A stretch of 64,000 bases of DNA, from the NCBI GenBank assembly GCA_036785375.1, contig JAWMAR010001182.1, positions 248,001-312,000 on the forward strand, given 5' to 3'. Source of the DNA: Leucoraja ocellata. Its lineage: Eukaryota. This document shows positions 38,207-50,659 of the stretch, piece by piece (within the stretch, counting starts at the first letter, position 1; every line of letters begins with the position of its first letter). Below the pieces are notes generated by a model. The model searched no databases. It was not told where the DNA came from and saw nothing but the letters and a program-made list of their open reading frames with translations. Position numbers and translations under genes: made by a program.

Positions 38207-38357
38207 CTGTGAAATAGATTCCGTGTCAAGAGAACAATAGTGGCCGTTAGACGATGGTTTCGTTTGACCGCCGAACAAATGCAACGTTTCGACATTCGGA
38301 CAAAATACACGTTTACATAATGTTACTCCGTGTTTCAGAAAACATCAGCTGCGAAGG

Positions 38358-38655
38358 ATAAGGATAAGGGGGAAATATTTTAGGAGTGAGATGAGAAAAC
38401 CATTTTTCACACACAGAGAGTGGTCAGTCTGTGGAATTCTCTGCCACAGCAGGTAGTTGAGGCCACATTTCATTGGCTATTATTTAAGAGGGAGTTAGAT
38501 GTGGCCCTTGTGGCTAAGGGATCAGGGGTATGGAGAGAAGGCAGGCACGGGATACTGAGTTGGATGATGAGCCGTGATCATATTGAATGGCGGTGCAAGC
38601 TCGAAGGCCGAATGGCCTAATCCTGCACATTTTTTCTATGTTTCTATCTTTCTAT
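38358..38655 (+). mobile_element. CR1/HER1 3' fragment in V3 intron
   Basis: Family tail. Confidence 0.88.
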
Positions 38656-39044
38656 AACATGGAACAGAAATACGGGCAGAATCGGAACAAGACGTTCAGC
38701 CAACAATGTCTGCGCCGAACATGATGCAAAGCTCAACTAAGTGCATCTTCTGTAAATCACTCATATCTCTCCTTTCCGTGCATGTCCGTGTGTTTATCTC
38801 AAACCCTCTTAAAAGCCTCTGTCGTATCGCCTCTATCACCACCCCCGGCAGCATGTCCCATGTACTTACCGCTCTCCCCGTAAATAACCCGTACACATCG
38901 TTTGCGTTTTGCCCGCTTCACCTTAATGGAAGGGCATCTAGTATTTAATAATTCCACAGTGGGAAAGAAAAACCCGTTCTGAATGCCTACACTTTCCATA
39001 TCTCTCATAGGTTCCATATACTTTAATCAGATCGGAGCCCCTAA

Positions 39045-39264
39045 TGCCCCTGTCCCACTTAGGAACCCTGAACGGAAACCTCTGGAGACTTCGCGCCCCA
39101 CCAAAGGTTTCCGTGCGGTTCCCGGAGGTTTTTGTCAGTCTCCCTCCCTGCTTCCACTACCTGCAACCTCCGGCAACCACCTGCAACCTTCGGGAACCGC
39201 ACGGAAACCTTGGGTGGGGCGCAAAGTATCCGGAGGTTTCCGTTCCTAAGTGGGACAGGGGCCA
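39045..39264. mobile_element. Harbinger-like MITE (complete)
   Basis: TIRs TGCCCCTGTCCCACTTAGGAA / TTCCTAAGTGGGACAGGGGCCA with long internal inverted arms and TAA/TTA flanks. Absent from the paralogous V2 intron; a partial copy lies at ~32245-32342. Confidence 0.75.
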
Positions 39265-40035
39265 TTATAATCCATGTTAAACAAGCCAACTCTGCCCCAT
39301 CTGGCCTGAAAGTTAGCACCCTTTAATCCAAGTAGTATTCTGGGTATAGGGCTGGAGATACTAAATCTTCGGTTTAAACCAGCACCTTCAGTTCCTTCCA
39401 ACTAGTTTCTGGTAGTCCTAGCCTGCATCCTAACCAAAACCTCCACGCGTTTCCATCAATAAGACGATGGGAACTGTAGGCGACGCTACAAATGCGGCCA
39501 AACCAAGGTCTTTAAGCGCTGCATCGTGTTGTTGCAACAGTGGATTTTTCCACAATGGGTCCTATAGTGCACAGCACCCGTTGGCTGCGATAGCAATTGA
39601 ACCCAGCAAGGTCTAGCGAGACGGACATGGCAGACAGCAGATTGAATTATCTGCTAAGAAAAAAAAAACACCACCACAATGGCGCACATGTGAAATATCC
39701 TGCCCGAACTCATTTTCCAGATTGAAGTGTTCAGCAAGTACACACAACTCAGACTGCACTCGAGGAGTCCATGGATGTCACGAGCCCCAGTCTCCAGGCC
39801 GATTGTGACCACTACTCCCGGACTCTTCAGAAATCCCACGAACATTGAGAATATAGCCGACAAATGGCCGAATGGCCTATTCCTGCACACATTTTCTATG
39901 TTTCTAGGTTTCTATGTGTCTAAATCACAGATCTCGAAGGGCCGAAGGGCCTCCTCCTGCACCTATTTTCTATGTTTCTATGTCTATGTCAAAGTTGGCT
40001 TCAGTTAACCTCACTTTTGTCTTAAAGGTACTTAC

Positions 40036-40078
40036 GGAATAAACATGCACAAAATATGCAAGCAAGCAGCATTTCCAT
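40036..40078 (-). CDS. Leader exon of V3
   Basis: MEMLLACIFCACLF + C|GTAAGT, 43 bp, phase 1. Confidence 0.85.
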
Positions 40079-40567
40079 CTTTCTTTCAGGGAGCAAATAG
40101 TCGCCGTGACGGGAAGTTGGAGTCCGTGGCTCTGCAGTGCTCCCCACTGCACTGTTATTTGCCGGAAATCCTGCCCTGTTTGACTACGTATAAACGAATC
40201 ATCTCACTTATCTTCATCAAAATTCACAACCATTGCTCGGCCCACTTGTGGAACTGATCAAGATCCTCCGGTGGTTTTTGATTATCATCTTCGCTCTCTA
40301 CGACTCCACCTACCGTGGTGTCATCTTCAATGCATGCCTTCTACATTCTCATCCAAATCTTCGATATCAATGACAAACATCATTGGGCCCAGAACTGATG
40401 CTTGAGGCAGACAACTAGTCGCAGGCATCCAGTCCGAAAAAAAAATATCTTCCGCATCCTACTCTGCTTTCTCCCTTCAAGTTGATTTTCTCCCCATTTA
40501 ACAAATTCCACCTGATCTCGTGCTACCGTTCCAGGGCAGCCAACTACGCGGCACTTTATAACATGAC

Positions 40568-41127
40568 ATGGAGTATTGCGTACAGTTTTGGTCTCCAAAT
40601 CTGAGGAAGGACATTATTGCCATAGAGGGAGTGCAGAGAAGGTTCACCAGACTGATTCCTGGGATGTCAGGACTGTCTTATGAAGAAAGACTAGACAGAC
40701 TTGGTTTATACTCTCTAGAATTTAGGAGATTGAGAGGGGATCTTATAGAAACGTACACCATTCTTAAGGGGTTAGACAGGCTAGATGCAGGAAGAGTGTT
40801 CCCGATGTTGGGGAAGTCCAGGACAAGGGGTCACAGCTTAAGGATACGGGGGAAATCCTTTAAAACCGAGATGAGAAAGAACTTTTTCACACACAGAGTG
40901 GTGAATCTCAGGAACTCGCTGCCGCAGAGGGTAGTCGAGGCCACAGTTCATTGGCTATATTTAAGAGGGAGTTAGATGTGGCCCTTGTGGCTAAGGGGAT
41001 CAGATGGTATGGAGAGAAGGCAGGTACGGGATACTGAGTTGGATGATCAGCCATGATCATATTGAATGGCGGTGCAGGCTCGAAGGGCCGAATGGCCTAC
41101 TCCTGCACCTAATTTCTATGTTCTATG
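40568..41127 (+). mobile_element. CR1/HER1 LINE 3' fragment
   Basis: [28 protein letters not shown]... plus tail. Confidence 0.92.
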
Positions 41128-42097
41128 CCCTGCTGGACATAAAATGTCCACAACATTTCCCTCCTCAACTAGTGCATATGTCCTAGGATTTTCTTGAAGC
41201 CCTCATAAAGAGACGTACGTTATCCTCCCTCCATTGTGCCGGCGAAACACAGCGAACCAGGCAGCATCTTCATAGATGGATGAGGTTTCGGGTAAGGACC
41301 ATTCTTCAGACTGATTGTGGTGGTGGTGGGGCTGGGACTGAGGGAGAGAAGGCTGGAAGGAGCTTCACAATTCCCGGCTGTTTACTCCTTTTTGTGTCAG
41401 GGCTTTTGTCTTTTCAACTCTGGGATTGCTCCAACTAGTTGCCTATCAACGCCCCTTCTCTCCCGTGTCCCCTTAGATATGGCCAGCTTTGAGCTAACCC
41501 CCCTACCTTTCGACTGTTATCCTCTCTCCCCTCACCACAATCATTCTGATGAACTGCCCCGAACTGAAACTCCATCCATTGTTCTCCAGATATTCTACCT
41601 GACCCGTTGAGTTACTCCAGCATTCTGTGCATTTTTAAAAAATGTAATGCAGCATCTGCAGTTTCGTCAGTTTCCAACAATAATGTTATATTGTTATTCT
41701 GATAGTCAACGCCAACACCAACCGTAAGATGGTGAATTGGTGCGAAAATGGATACAGACTGAAGAGCGTACCATTCAGTATGTTCAAACGGTGATATATA
41801 TTCTGTTCCTGGGGCTCGGGGGGAAGGGGGGGGGGGGGGGGGGGGAGCCAGTGATACGTGGAAGAAGGGAGATAGGGGATTGAATTGGGGCAATCGGCCG
41901 TGGTCAAATAAAAATGCGGAATCAGCCTGTTCGTGCCGAAAGTCCCAGAATGCTCCGATTACCCGCGTTCTGGGGAAACTGATCCGAAAAACATTATTCA
42001 TACCTGAAGAGTCGAGAGGCCGAAGAAAGGTCTCGAGCCGAAACGTCACCCATTCCTTCTCCTCAGAGATGCTGCCTGCCCCGCCGAGTTATTCCAG

Positions 42098-42767
42098 CAT
42101 AGCTTTCATAGCAAAAGGATTCCAGCTAGCTTTCATAGCAAAAGGATTTCAGTATAGGAGCAGGGAGGTTCTACTGCAGTTGTACAGGGTCTTGGTGAGA
42201 CCACACCTGGAGTATTGCGTACAGTTTTGGTCTCCAATCTGAGGAAGGACATTATTGCCATAGAGGGAGTGCAGAGAAGGTTCACCAGACTGATTCCTGA
42301 GATGTCAGGACTGTCTTATGAAGAAAGACTGGATAGACTTGGTTTATACTCTCTAGAATTTAGGAGATTGAGAGGGGATCTTATAGAAACTTACAAAATC
42401 TTAAGGGGTTGGACAGGCTAGATGCAGGAAGATAGCTCCCGATGTTGGGGAAGTCCAGGACAAGGGGTCACAGTTTAAGGATAAGGAGGAAATCATTTAA
42501 AACCGAGATGAGAAGAATTTTTTCACACAGAGAGTGGTGAATCTCTGGAACTCGCTGCCGCAGAGGGTAGTCGAGGCCAGTTCATTGGCTCTATTTAAGA
42601 GGGAGTTAGATGTGGCCGTTGTGGCTAAGGGGATCAGAGGGTATGGAGAGAAGGCAGGTACGGGATACTGAGTTGGATGATCAGCCATGATCATATTGAA
42701 TGGCGGTGCAGGCTCGAAGGCCGAATGGCCTACTCCTGCACCTAATTTCTATGTTTCTATGTTTCTA
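42098..42767 (+). mobile_element. CR1/HER1 LINE 3' fragment nested in a Penelope-derived element
   Basis: ORF2 C-terminus plus tail; short duplication at its 5' junction. Confidence 0.9.
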
Positions 42768-43014
42768 TATTGTGTCCACCTTCGATTTAAATCAGCATGT
42801 GCAGTTCTTTCATGCACGTAATAGTAAAGCGGTTGTGCTATGTAACGCGTGTAGAGCTGCAAATCGAGAAATGGGCGGGGAAATGCGAGTGAGATGTTGT
42901 GAGACGGTTTGGGCAACACATCTGATGAAGGCTGTGCTGGTCCTGGAGAGAGAGGAGAAGAATGGGTGAGCATATAATCTGCGCTTAAAGGCACTCGCTG
43001 GAGTTTAGAGGAAT

Positions 43015-43490
43015 TGCCTCGGATCGACGCTCCAATCGCGGCCTGCAGACTTTAACATCAAGTGCTCGCCAGTCTCTGGAGAGACCGAGTCGGGAAGCTC
43101 CTTAAGCCGCTCGACGTTCGACCAAGCCCAGACCCGAGGTCAGATCGCCGGCGCGGGGTAACTGAGATTCCCCACCGATGCAGGAGCTGATCGGCCCGAC
43201 GAGGAAGGCCCACCTCCAGCTACGGGAATAAGATCTTCCGGTCAACGGAAGGTTAGAGGCCCCCGACCGCTGGAGGACAAAGAAGGGAAGAGATTGAACT
43301 TTTGGTTTTACCTTCATTACAGTGAGAAATGTGGAGGGGTCACTGTGATGGATGTTGATGTTAACATGTATTTTGTGTGTTCGGTTGCTTTTTATTTAAT
43401 TTGTATGAATGACTTGGCAAATGAAATTCCTCGTATGTTGCAAACAATACTTCGCCAATAAAGTATAATTGTATTGTATTGTATTGAATG
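43015..43490 (+). repeat. GC-rich interspersed repeat with (ATTGT)n-type tail, class unresolved
   Basis: Shares the block ccttccatcacagtgaggaatgtggagg..tcactgtg with ~48990-49420 and, more weakly, ~45650-46285. Confidence 0.55.
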
Positions 43491-43715
43491 GTGAAGTAGA
43501 TTTGATGGGGCCAAATGGCCTCATACGACTCGTATCACATGGTATTCTGATTTTATGGGTGCATAGAGTGGAAGTAATAACGTTATGTTAAAACAATAGC
43601 TTTTCATGGACGACCTATCAAATAGAAAAAATATAAAGCATTGCTTCTCAAGATCATCAGCTGCATTTAATGTAAGAAGGAGCCCAAACGAGAGCTATTA
43701 GTCAACAACACACAC

Positions 43716-44459
43716 AGAAACACAGAAACACAGACATTAGGTGCAGGAGTAGGCCATTCGAGCCTGCCCCGCCATTCATTATGATCATGGCTGATCATCC
43801 AACTCAGTATCCCGTACCTGCCTTCTCTCCATACCCCCTGATCCCCTTAGCCACAAGGGCCACATGTAACTCCCTCTTAAATATAGCCAATGAACTGGCC
43901 TCAACTACCCTCTGTGGCAGAGAGTTCCAGAGATTCACCACTCTCTGTGTGAAAAAAGTTCTTCTCATCTCGGTTTTAAAGAATTCCCCCCTTATCCTTA
44001 AGCTGTGACCCCTTGTCCTGGACTTCCCCAACATCGTGAACAATCTTCCTGCATCTAGCCTGTCCAACCCCTTAAGAATTTTGTAAGGTTCTATAAGATC
44101 CCCTCTCAATCTCCTAAATTCTAGAGAGTATACACCAAGTCTATCCAGTCTTTCTTCATAGGACAGTCCTGACATCCCAGGAATCAGTCTGGTGAACCTT
44201 CTCTGCACTCCCTTTATAGCAATAATGTCCTTCCTCAGATTTGGAGATCAAAACTGTACGCAATACTCCAGGTGTGGTCTCACCAAGACCCCGTACAACT
44301 GCAGTAGAACCTCCCTGCTCCTATACTCAAATCCTTTTGCAATGAAAGCTAACATACAATTCGCTTTCTTCACTGCCTGCTGCACCTGTATGCCTACCTT
44401 CAATGACTGTGTACCATGACACCCAGGTCTCGTTGCATCTCCGCCTTTCCCAATCGGCC
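43716..44459 (-). mobile_element. CR1/HER1 LINE 3' fragment
   Basis: ORF2 C-terminus plus tail. Confidence 0.92.
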
Positions 44460-44555
44460 ACACGCGACAGTAGTGTCGCTTGCGCAGAATCGTTGACGTT
44501 TGACCGCAGACACTGACTGCGTTGTCTCCCAAGTCTTTCAGACCGCGCCAGGAAT

Positions 44556-45230
44556 ATTGTGCGCCAATTTTCGTCTCCTAAGTTGAGGAAGGACAGTATT
44601 GCTATTGAGGGAATGCAACGTAGGTTAATTAGGTTAATTCCCGCGATGGCGGGACTGTCGTCTGATGAACGAATGGGTCGACTGGGCTTCTATTCGCGGG
44701 AATTTAGAAGGATGATAGCAGAACTAATAGAAACATATAAAATTATAGACAACAGACTACGGACAATAGGTGCAGGGGTAGGCCATTCGACCGTTCGAGC
44801 CAGCACCGCCATTCAATGTAATCATGGCTGATTATCCCCAATCAGTACCCCGTTCATGCCGTATTTCCCCTGACTTCGCTGTCTCTGTATCCAGAGAACA
44901 GGCCTCCATCGCCCTCTGAGGCAGAGAAATCCACAGACTCACAACTCTCTGTGAGAAAAAAGTGTTTCCTCCTCTCCGATCTAAATGGTTTATCCTTTAT
45001 TCTCAAACTGCGGCCCCTGGTTCTGGACTCCCCCAACATTGGGACATATTTCCAGGCTCTATTATGTCCAAACCCTTAATGTTTCAATAGGATTCCCTCT
45101 CATCATTCTGAACTCCAGAGTATACAAGCCCAGCCGCTCCATTTTCTCAGCATATGACATGACCACGTTGAACGGCGGTGCTGGCTCAAATGTTCGAATG
45201 GCCTAGTCCTGCGCCAGTTTTAGTATATTT
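44556..45230. mobile_element. CR1 fragments in both orientations
   Basis: Plus-strand piece 44556-44747 interrupted by a minus-strand piece ~44750-45155. Confidence 0.8.
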
Positions 45231-46330
45231 CTACCTCTACCTGTATGCACATGTTGCCGCTGTGGCGCAGCAGGGAGACGGTACGGTGCGCCACTCCGAA
45301 CAGCAGCAGTTCTTGAAGTTCTTGAGACACCTCATCATTGCATTAACCAAAGGCCGGACGAGAGCGCCAGATTCATGCACGGAGTTGGAAAACTACGTGG
45401 GGGTGGTAAAGTACCGGCTATTTCCCATGACTGTCGTGTGTCGTCGTGCTGGGATGTCCTTGTTTAATCCGTTGGCTGGAAAAACACAAGAAAATACTTT
45501 GATACTCTTTCTCCCCTCTTCCAATGGGGTTCGGTTATAAGATTGTCGTCTGTTTAGGACGGAGAACTTTTGATGAAGGTAACTTACATCGAGGTAGAGT
45601 TTGGTCGCAGTCAGAGATTGAAACTACAAAGTTACAATTTGAACCCCGGAACAAGTTGCTGTGTTGCGGGAGACCAGCAGGAACGACCCGGGGCTCCAGC
45701 TGCGGAGCTGCCGACTACTCACCGTCACGGGGCTGGCCGAGTCAGGAGCGGGTGGAGCGGTGGTGGAGCGCTGCTGCCACCAGACCTTCGGAGATTCGGA
45801 GGCTCCAACTGCGGGTCTGGCGGATGGCGGCACCGGGAGCCCGCGGGTCCCTGCTGGGAGACCGCTTTTCGGGGCTTCCGCAACGGCGACTTCTCCCGCC
45901 CGAGTTGCGGGGTTGAAGAGCACCTGAGCGGGGCCTTACAGCATCGTCCGCGCGGCCTGGAATGGCCGCGGGACTTTGCGAGCGGACGCCGGGGGGCTCT
46001 AACAACTAGACCCGATGTGCGACCTTGCATCACCCGGCGTGGCTTTAATGGCCGCGGGGACAATCGCCATCGCCAGCAGGGGGCTTTGACTTTGACTCTG
46101 ACTCTGACATCGGGGGGGGGGGGGGGGGGGGGGGGGGGAGAGTGCAGTGGAGAGATAAGTTTGTTTGCCTTCCATCGCAGCGATGTTGTGTCTCGGGTCT
46201 TTTTTGTTTTTGTAATGTATGGCTGCAGAAACGACATTTCGTTTGGACCTCAAGGGGTCCAAATGACAAATAAATTGTATTGTATTGTTGCTATTTCATT
46301 GTTTGCGTATTTTCGTGCCAGTTGTGGAGT

Positions 46331-46344
46331 GCGCCATCTGGCGG
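46331..46344 (-). promoter_or_regulatory. Putative CTCF-binding element downstream of V4 nonamer
   Basis: Minus strand CCGCCAGATGGCGC, a near-consensus CTCF core, 24 bp beyond nonamer ACAAAAACA (46369-46377). Confidence 0.7.
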
Positions 46345-46368
46345 CTCCGTGCACAATTGCATGCGGTG

Positions 46369-47335
46369 TGTTTTTGTGCGTGTCCGCCATGTTTCTTCGG
46401 CAACGTGGCGGAGTCGGTAATCTCGCACGCGCGGATGATTAACCTAATAAGGTTTTTGCAGCCTTATTGTACGTGGAAGAGAATCGGACTGTGAGACCCC
46501 ATTTCTCTTTAGTATCCTTGCCGTAATCCGAAACAGGATCACTTGCTGCCGCCCACGTCGCTGTCTGTACCAATAAACATTCAGGATTGGCCCTGCCGTT
46601 CTAAAGGAGCATTCTAGCGCGATGGCATCTTCATAGCAAAAGGATTTGAGGATTTGAGTATAGGAGCATGGAGGTTCTACTGCAGTTGTACAGGGTCTTG
46701 GTGAGACCACACCTGGAGTATTGAGTACAGTTTTGGTCTCCAAATCTGAGGAAGGACATTATTGTCATAGAGGGAGTGCAGAGAAGGTTCACCAGACTGA
46801 TTCATGGGATGTCATGACTGTCTTATGAAGAAAGACTGGATAGACTTGGTTTATACTCTCTATAATTTAGGAGATTGAGAGGGGATCTTATAGAAACTTA
46901 CACAATTCTTAAGGGGTTGGACAGGCTAGATGCAGGAAGATTGTTTCCGGTGTTGGGGAAGTCCAGGACAAGGGGTCACAGCTTAAGGATAAGGGGAAAT
47001 CCTTTAAAACCGAGATGAGAATAACTTTTTTCACACAGAGAGTGGTGAATCTCTGGAACTCTCTGCCACAGAGGGTAGTCGAGGCCAGTTCATTGGATAT
47101 ATTTAAGAGGGAGTTAGATGTGGCCCTTGTGGCTAAGGGGATCAGAGGGTATGGAGAGAAGGCAGGTACAGGATACCGAGTTGGATGATCAGCCATGATC
47201 ATATTGAATGGCAATGCAGGCTCGAAGGGCCGAATGGCCTACTCCTGCACCTAATTTCTATGTTTCTATGTTCTATGTTAACTGCGAACGTCATTTCAGA
47301 GACCGACTGTGCCACCGAGTCCTGGATGCTCCAGT
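46369..47335 (-). pseudogene. TCR V segment V4 pseudogene (V1 family), split by a CR1 insertion and lacking YxC and the heptamer
   Basis: Acceptor ctgttAG|AC TGG; DWSIQDSVAQSVSEMTFAV [CR1 46632-47278] EDAIALECSFRTAGPILNVYWYRQ...RFSSTYNKAAK...LIIRACEITDSAT, then a deletion up to a residual nonamer. Confidence 0.85.
46632..47278 (+). mobile_element. CR1/HER1 LINE 3' fragment inserted in the V4 exon
   Basis: ORF2 C-terminus plus tail; removing it restores FAV-EDAIALEC in frame. Confidence 0.92.
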
Positions 47336-47502
47336 CTAACAGTAAACCATATGTCAGTTAAACATGTGTAGGAAGGAAGTGTAGATGCTGATTTAAACCG
47401 AAGATAGACACAACATCTGGATTAACTTAGCGGGACATGCAGCATCTCTGGAGATAAGGAATGGGTGACGTTCCGGGTCGAGATCCTTCTTATGAGTCTC
47501 GA

Positions 47503-48173
47503 AATATATATATTAATGATTTGGACGAGGGAATTGAATGCAACATCTGCATTTTTGAGGATGACACGAAGCTGGGGGCAGTGTTAGCTGTGCGGCGGAT
47601 GCTAGGAGGCTGCAAGGTGACTTGGATAGGCTGGGTGATTGGGCAAATGCATGGCAGATGCAGTATAACGTTGGTGCCAAGAACAGGAACTATTCTATCC
47701 AGTTAATAGACTATTATCAGAATGATGGCCGATTAGGAAAAGGGGAGATGCAACGAGACCTGGGTGTCATGGCACACCAGTCATTGAAAGTCGGCATGCA
47801 GGTGCAGCAGGCAGTGAAGAAAGCGAATGGTATGTTAGCATTCATAGCAAAAGCATTTGAGTCCAGAACAAGGGGTCACAGTTTAAGGATAAGGGGAAGT
47901 CTTTTAGGATCGAGATGAGAAAAAAAACACACAGAGAGCGGTGAATCTGTGGAATTCTCTGCTACAGAAAATAGTTGAGGCCAGTTCATTGTCTATATTT
48001 AAGAGGTAGTTGGATTGGACCCTTGTGGCTAAAGGGATCAGGGGGCATGGAGAGAAGGCAGGTACAAGGTACTGAGTTGGTTGATCAGCCATGATCATAT
48101 TGAATGGCGGTGCAGGCTCGACGGGCCGAATGGCCTACTCCTGCAACAATTTTCGATGTTTCTATGTTTCTAT
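47503..48173 (+). mobile_element. CR1 LINE fragment (internally deleted) in V4 intron
   Basis: IYINDLDEGI..DDTKLG.. then jumps to SRTRGHSL.. and the tail. Confidence 0.88.
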
Positions 48174-48321
48174 GAAACGCCACACATTCCTTCTCTCCAG
48201 TAGCCCGTTTGTGTCCATATCAGTTACATAATTTCTTCAATCAACTCAATCACCCCTTTTTCCAATTTAATATGTGTGGTAACAAGATCCAATAAATAAT
48301 TTTGGAGACGGAAATACTAAC

Positions 48322-48367
48322 CGAGCAGCGATGTAACGACGAAGAACGGAGCGATGAATATCCGCAT
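48322..48367 (-). CDS. Leader exon of V4
   Basis: MRIFIAPFFVVTSLL + G|GTTAGT, 46 bp, phase 1. Confidence 0.75.
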
Positions 48368-48681
48368 GATGTTTCCGAGTCCACAGACCAGGAAACCCAC
48401 AGCCGGAGCACAAATGTTGGCGCTTCACCCCCCCCCCCCGGTCCCCGATGAATGGTCCAAATACGAGCAGCCACCCGCCGTAACAGCCCTTCGGGGTCAC
48501 AGGTCTGACAAAGCATTCAGACCTAGAGGATGTGATCTCGATGGTACAGCCACAACTGTTGACACTGAGCGGAATACGGGCTGTGTGAACGTGCGCAGCG
48601 CTGTTCTGCTGCGACCGGAGTTTGTCAAATGAAATAACGTGAGTGCATTGCGCTTGCTCACCGCGACGCGCCATTTTAAAA

Positions 48682-48908
48682 TTTTTTTTTTTTTATTTAC
48701 AACAAAATGTATTCAATTATTAAAAATAATATTTACACTACAATAAACAATCCAGAACCCACCACCATAATACAATACAAACATGTATCCGTAATAAACT
48801 ACTATACAACTATGATACAATCCTTATTGAGGATACATTCAACACCCTGCGGAGCCCAGCGGTCCCGGAACTCCCTCAGGGTGCCCGTAGACAGGGCGTA
48901 TTCCCATT
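48682..48908 (-). mobile_element. Tx1/L1-clade LINE 3' end with poly-A
   Basis: EYALSTGTLREFRDRWAPQGVEC... ORF end, AATAAA and A-tail on the minus strand. Confidence 0.6.
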
Positions 48909-50659
48909 CTAATCCCACCGCGGGGCACGGACTTACCATCGGAGCGGATCCCATGCCTGGTATCGCTCCCACCGCGTCCACCGTGGACTTACCAACAAGG
49001 GATCGAAGTCTCGGGAGAGGCAGGTCGGGAGTTCTAACGCCGCAGAAGGTTCGTCCAGCCCCGAGGCGAGGTTCGATCGCCCGGCGCGGGGGAGGTGACC
49101 CCCCCACCCCCCCCCCCCCCCCCCCCCACCCCCCACCCCGATGCACGAGCTGAACGCCTCGCCGCCGGCTACGGGAGTTAAGACCGTCCCGTCAAAGGGG
49201 GCTCGAGACCCCCAACCAATGAAGAACAAAGGAAGACGCGAACTTTATTTCGCCTTCCATCACAGTGAGGAATGTGGAGGAGTCACTGTGGTGGACGTTC
49301 ATGTTAATTATGTTTTTGAACCTGTTGTTTTTAATTGTATGACTGACCTGGCCATTGAAAGTCCTCGTATGTTGCAAAACATACTTGGCGGGTAAAATCT
49401 GATTCTGATTCTGATTCGGAATTCTACTGTTGTAGGTTACTCTCTTCCAACGGTCTCATCCTGGCCACCGTTCTACTCTGCAGGAAGGAACTGCAAATGC
49501 TGGTTTACACCGAAGGTAGACACAAAATTTCGGAACAGGCAGCATCTTTGGAGAGAAGGAATGGGTAACGTTTCGTGTCGCCACCACCTCTTCCGTCTGG
49601 CCTGTTTAAAGCGTCACCTATTCCTTCTCTCCGGAGAAGCTGCATGCCCCGCTCAGATACTCCAGCATTTCGTGTTCATTTCCGATCTGCTGGGTTCATT
49701 CGATTTTTACAAATAGAACAATCCCACTATCACCCAGATTCGTTCCCAAACACACCTACCTCATCGGCTACATGCTTCTCCTAGCGCATTGCCACAGGGA
49801 TGATGGCATACTGGCGCATCTGCAAGAGCTGCTCTCTCATAGCACCGGATACCCGGGTTCGCAGCTGACATCGGGAGCTGCCTCTGAAGAGTTTGCACTT
49901 TCTCCCTGTGATCATGTGGGTTTCTCCGGGTGCTCCGGTATATTCCCACTTGCCAAAGATGTGCCGATTTGTATGTTATTCGTCCTCTGCAATTTGCAGC
50001 CAGCGTGCAGAGAGTGGATGAGTGAGTTCGGCTATAAATGTACTGTGGATGGGTGATAGAGGGGCATTGGAGATTCAGTGGGCCGAAGGGGCTCTTTCCA
50101 TGCTGCATCTCTAAACTAAACTAAACTAAACAACCCTTTCACGCATTCCCTCCCTCCATTGTTCCTCCTTGACAACATCCCTGCCTCACCTGTTTGAAGT
50201 AATCACCTTCCTTTCTTCTTAGGTTCCATCATCCAAGTCCTTTGATCTTTCCATTTATCACTCCCAATCCCTGGCGCAATCTCTACAATTCATTCCCTAA
50301 GTGGCCTCGATAGTATATGCCAAGGAACCCCGATTTAAAATTATACTCCGATCGCATGCGTTCTTGTCCGAAATCTACCTCTCACGCCGTTTTGCTGGCT
50401 AGCTCCATTCTACCAACCTCCTTTCTATTGCCTCCATCTACTTAAAGCTCGCGCGGCCTCGCCAGGGCTCGCAGCGTGATCAATGACGAGTTGCGCCGTG
50501 ACGACTCAATCTTCTCCCATTCCATCTGGAAAATGGAATAGAATTGTGAAAACGCACACCTCCAGATTCAGGGACAGTTTCTCCCCAGCTGTGATCAGGC
50601 AAAGTGATCGTCCTACCACAACCAGGGGGCAGTGCTGAACTACTATGTACTTCTTTAGT

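Noticed and set aside
41745-41820. Possible fifth GPCR exon 1 ([16 protein letters not shown])
   Set aside because: No in-frame ATG, no GVP/G|GT donor and no associated exon 2; the similarity is too weak.
45570-46442. 290-aa ORF and overlapping GC-rich ORFs
   Set aside because: Low-complexity, repeat-derived GC-rich DNA with a poly-G run; no domain signature.
50630-50645. Strong CTCF-like CAACCAGGGGGCAG
   Set aside because: Lies within a Rex1-like repeat fragment, in the opposite orientation, with no link to a V gene.
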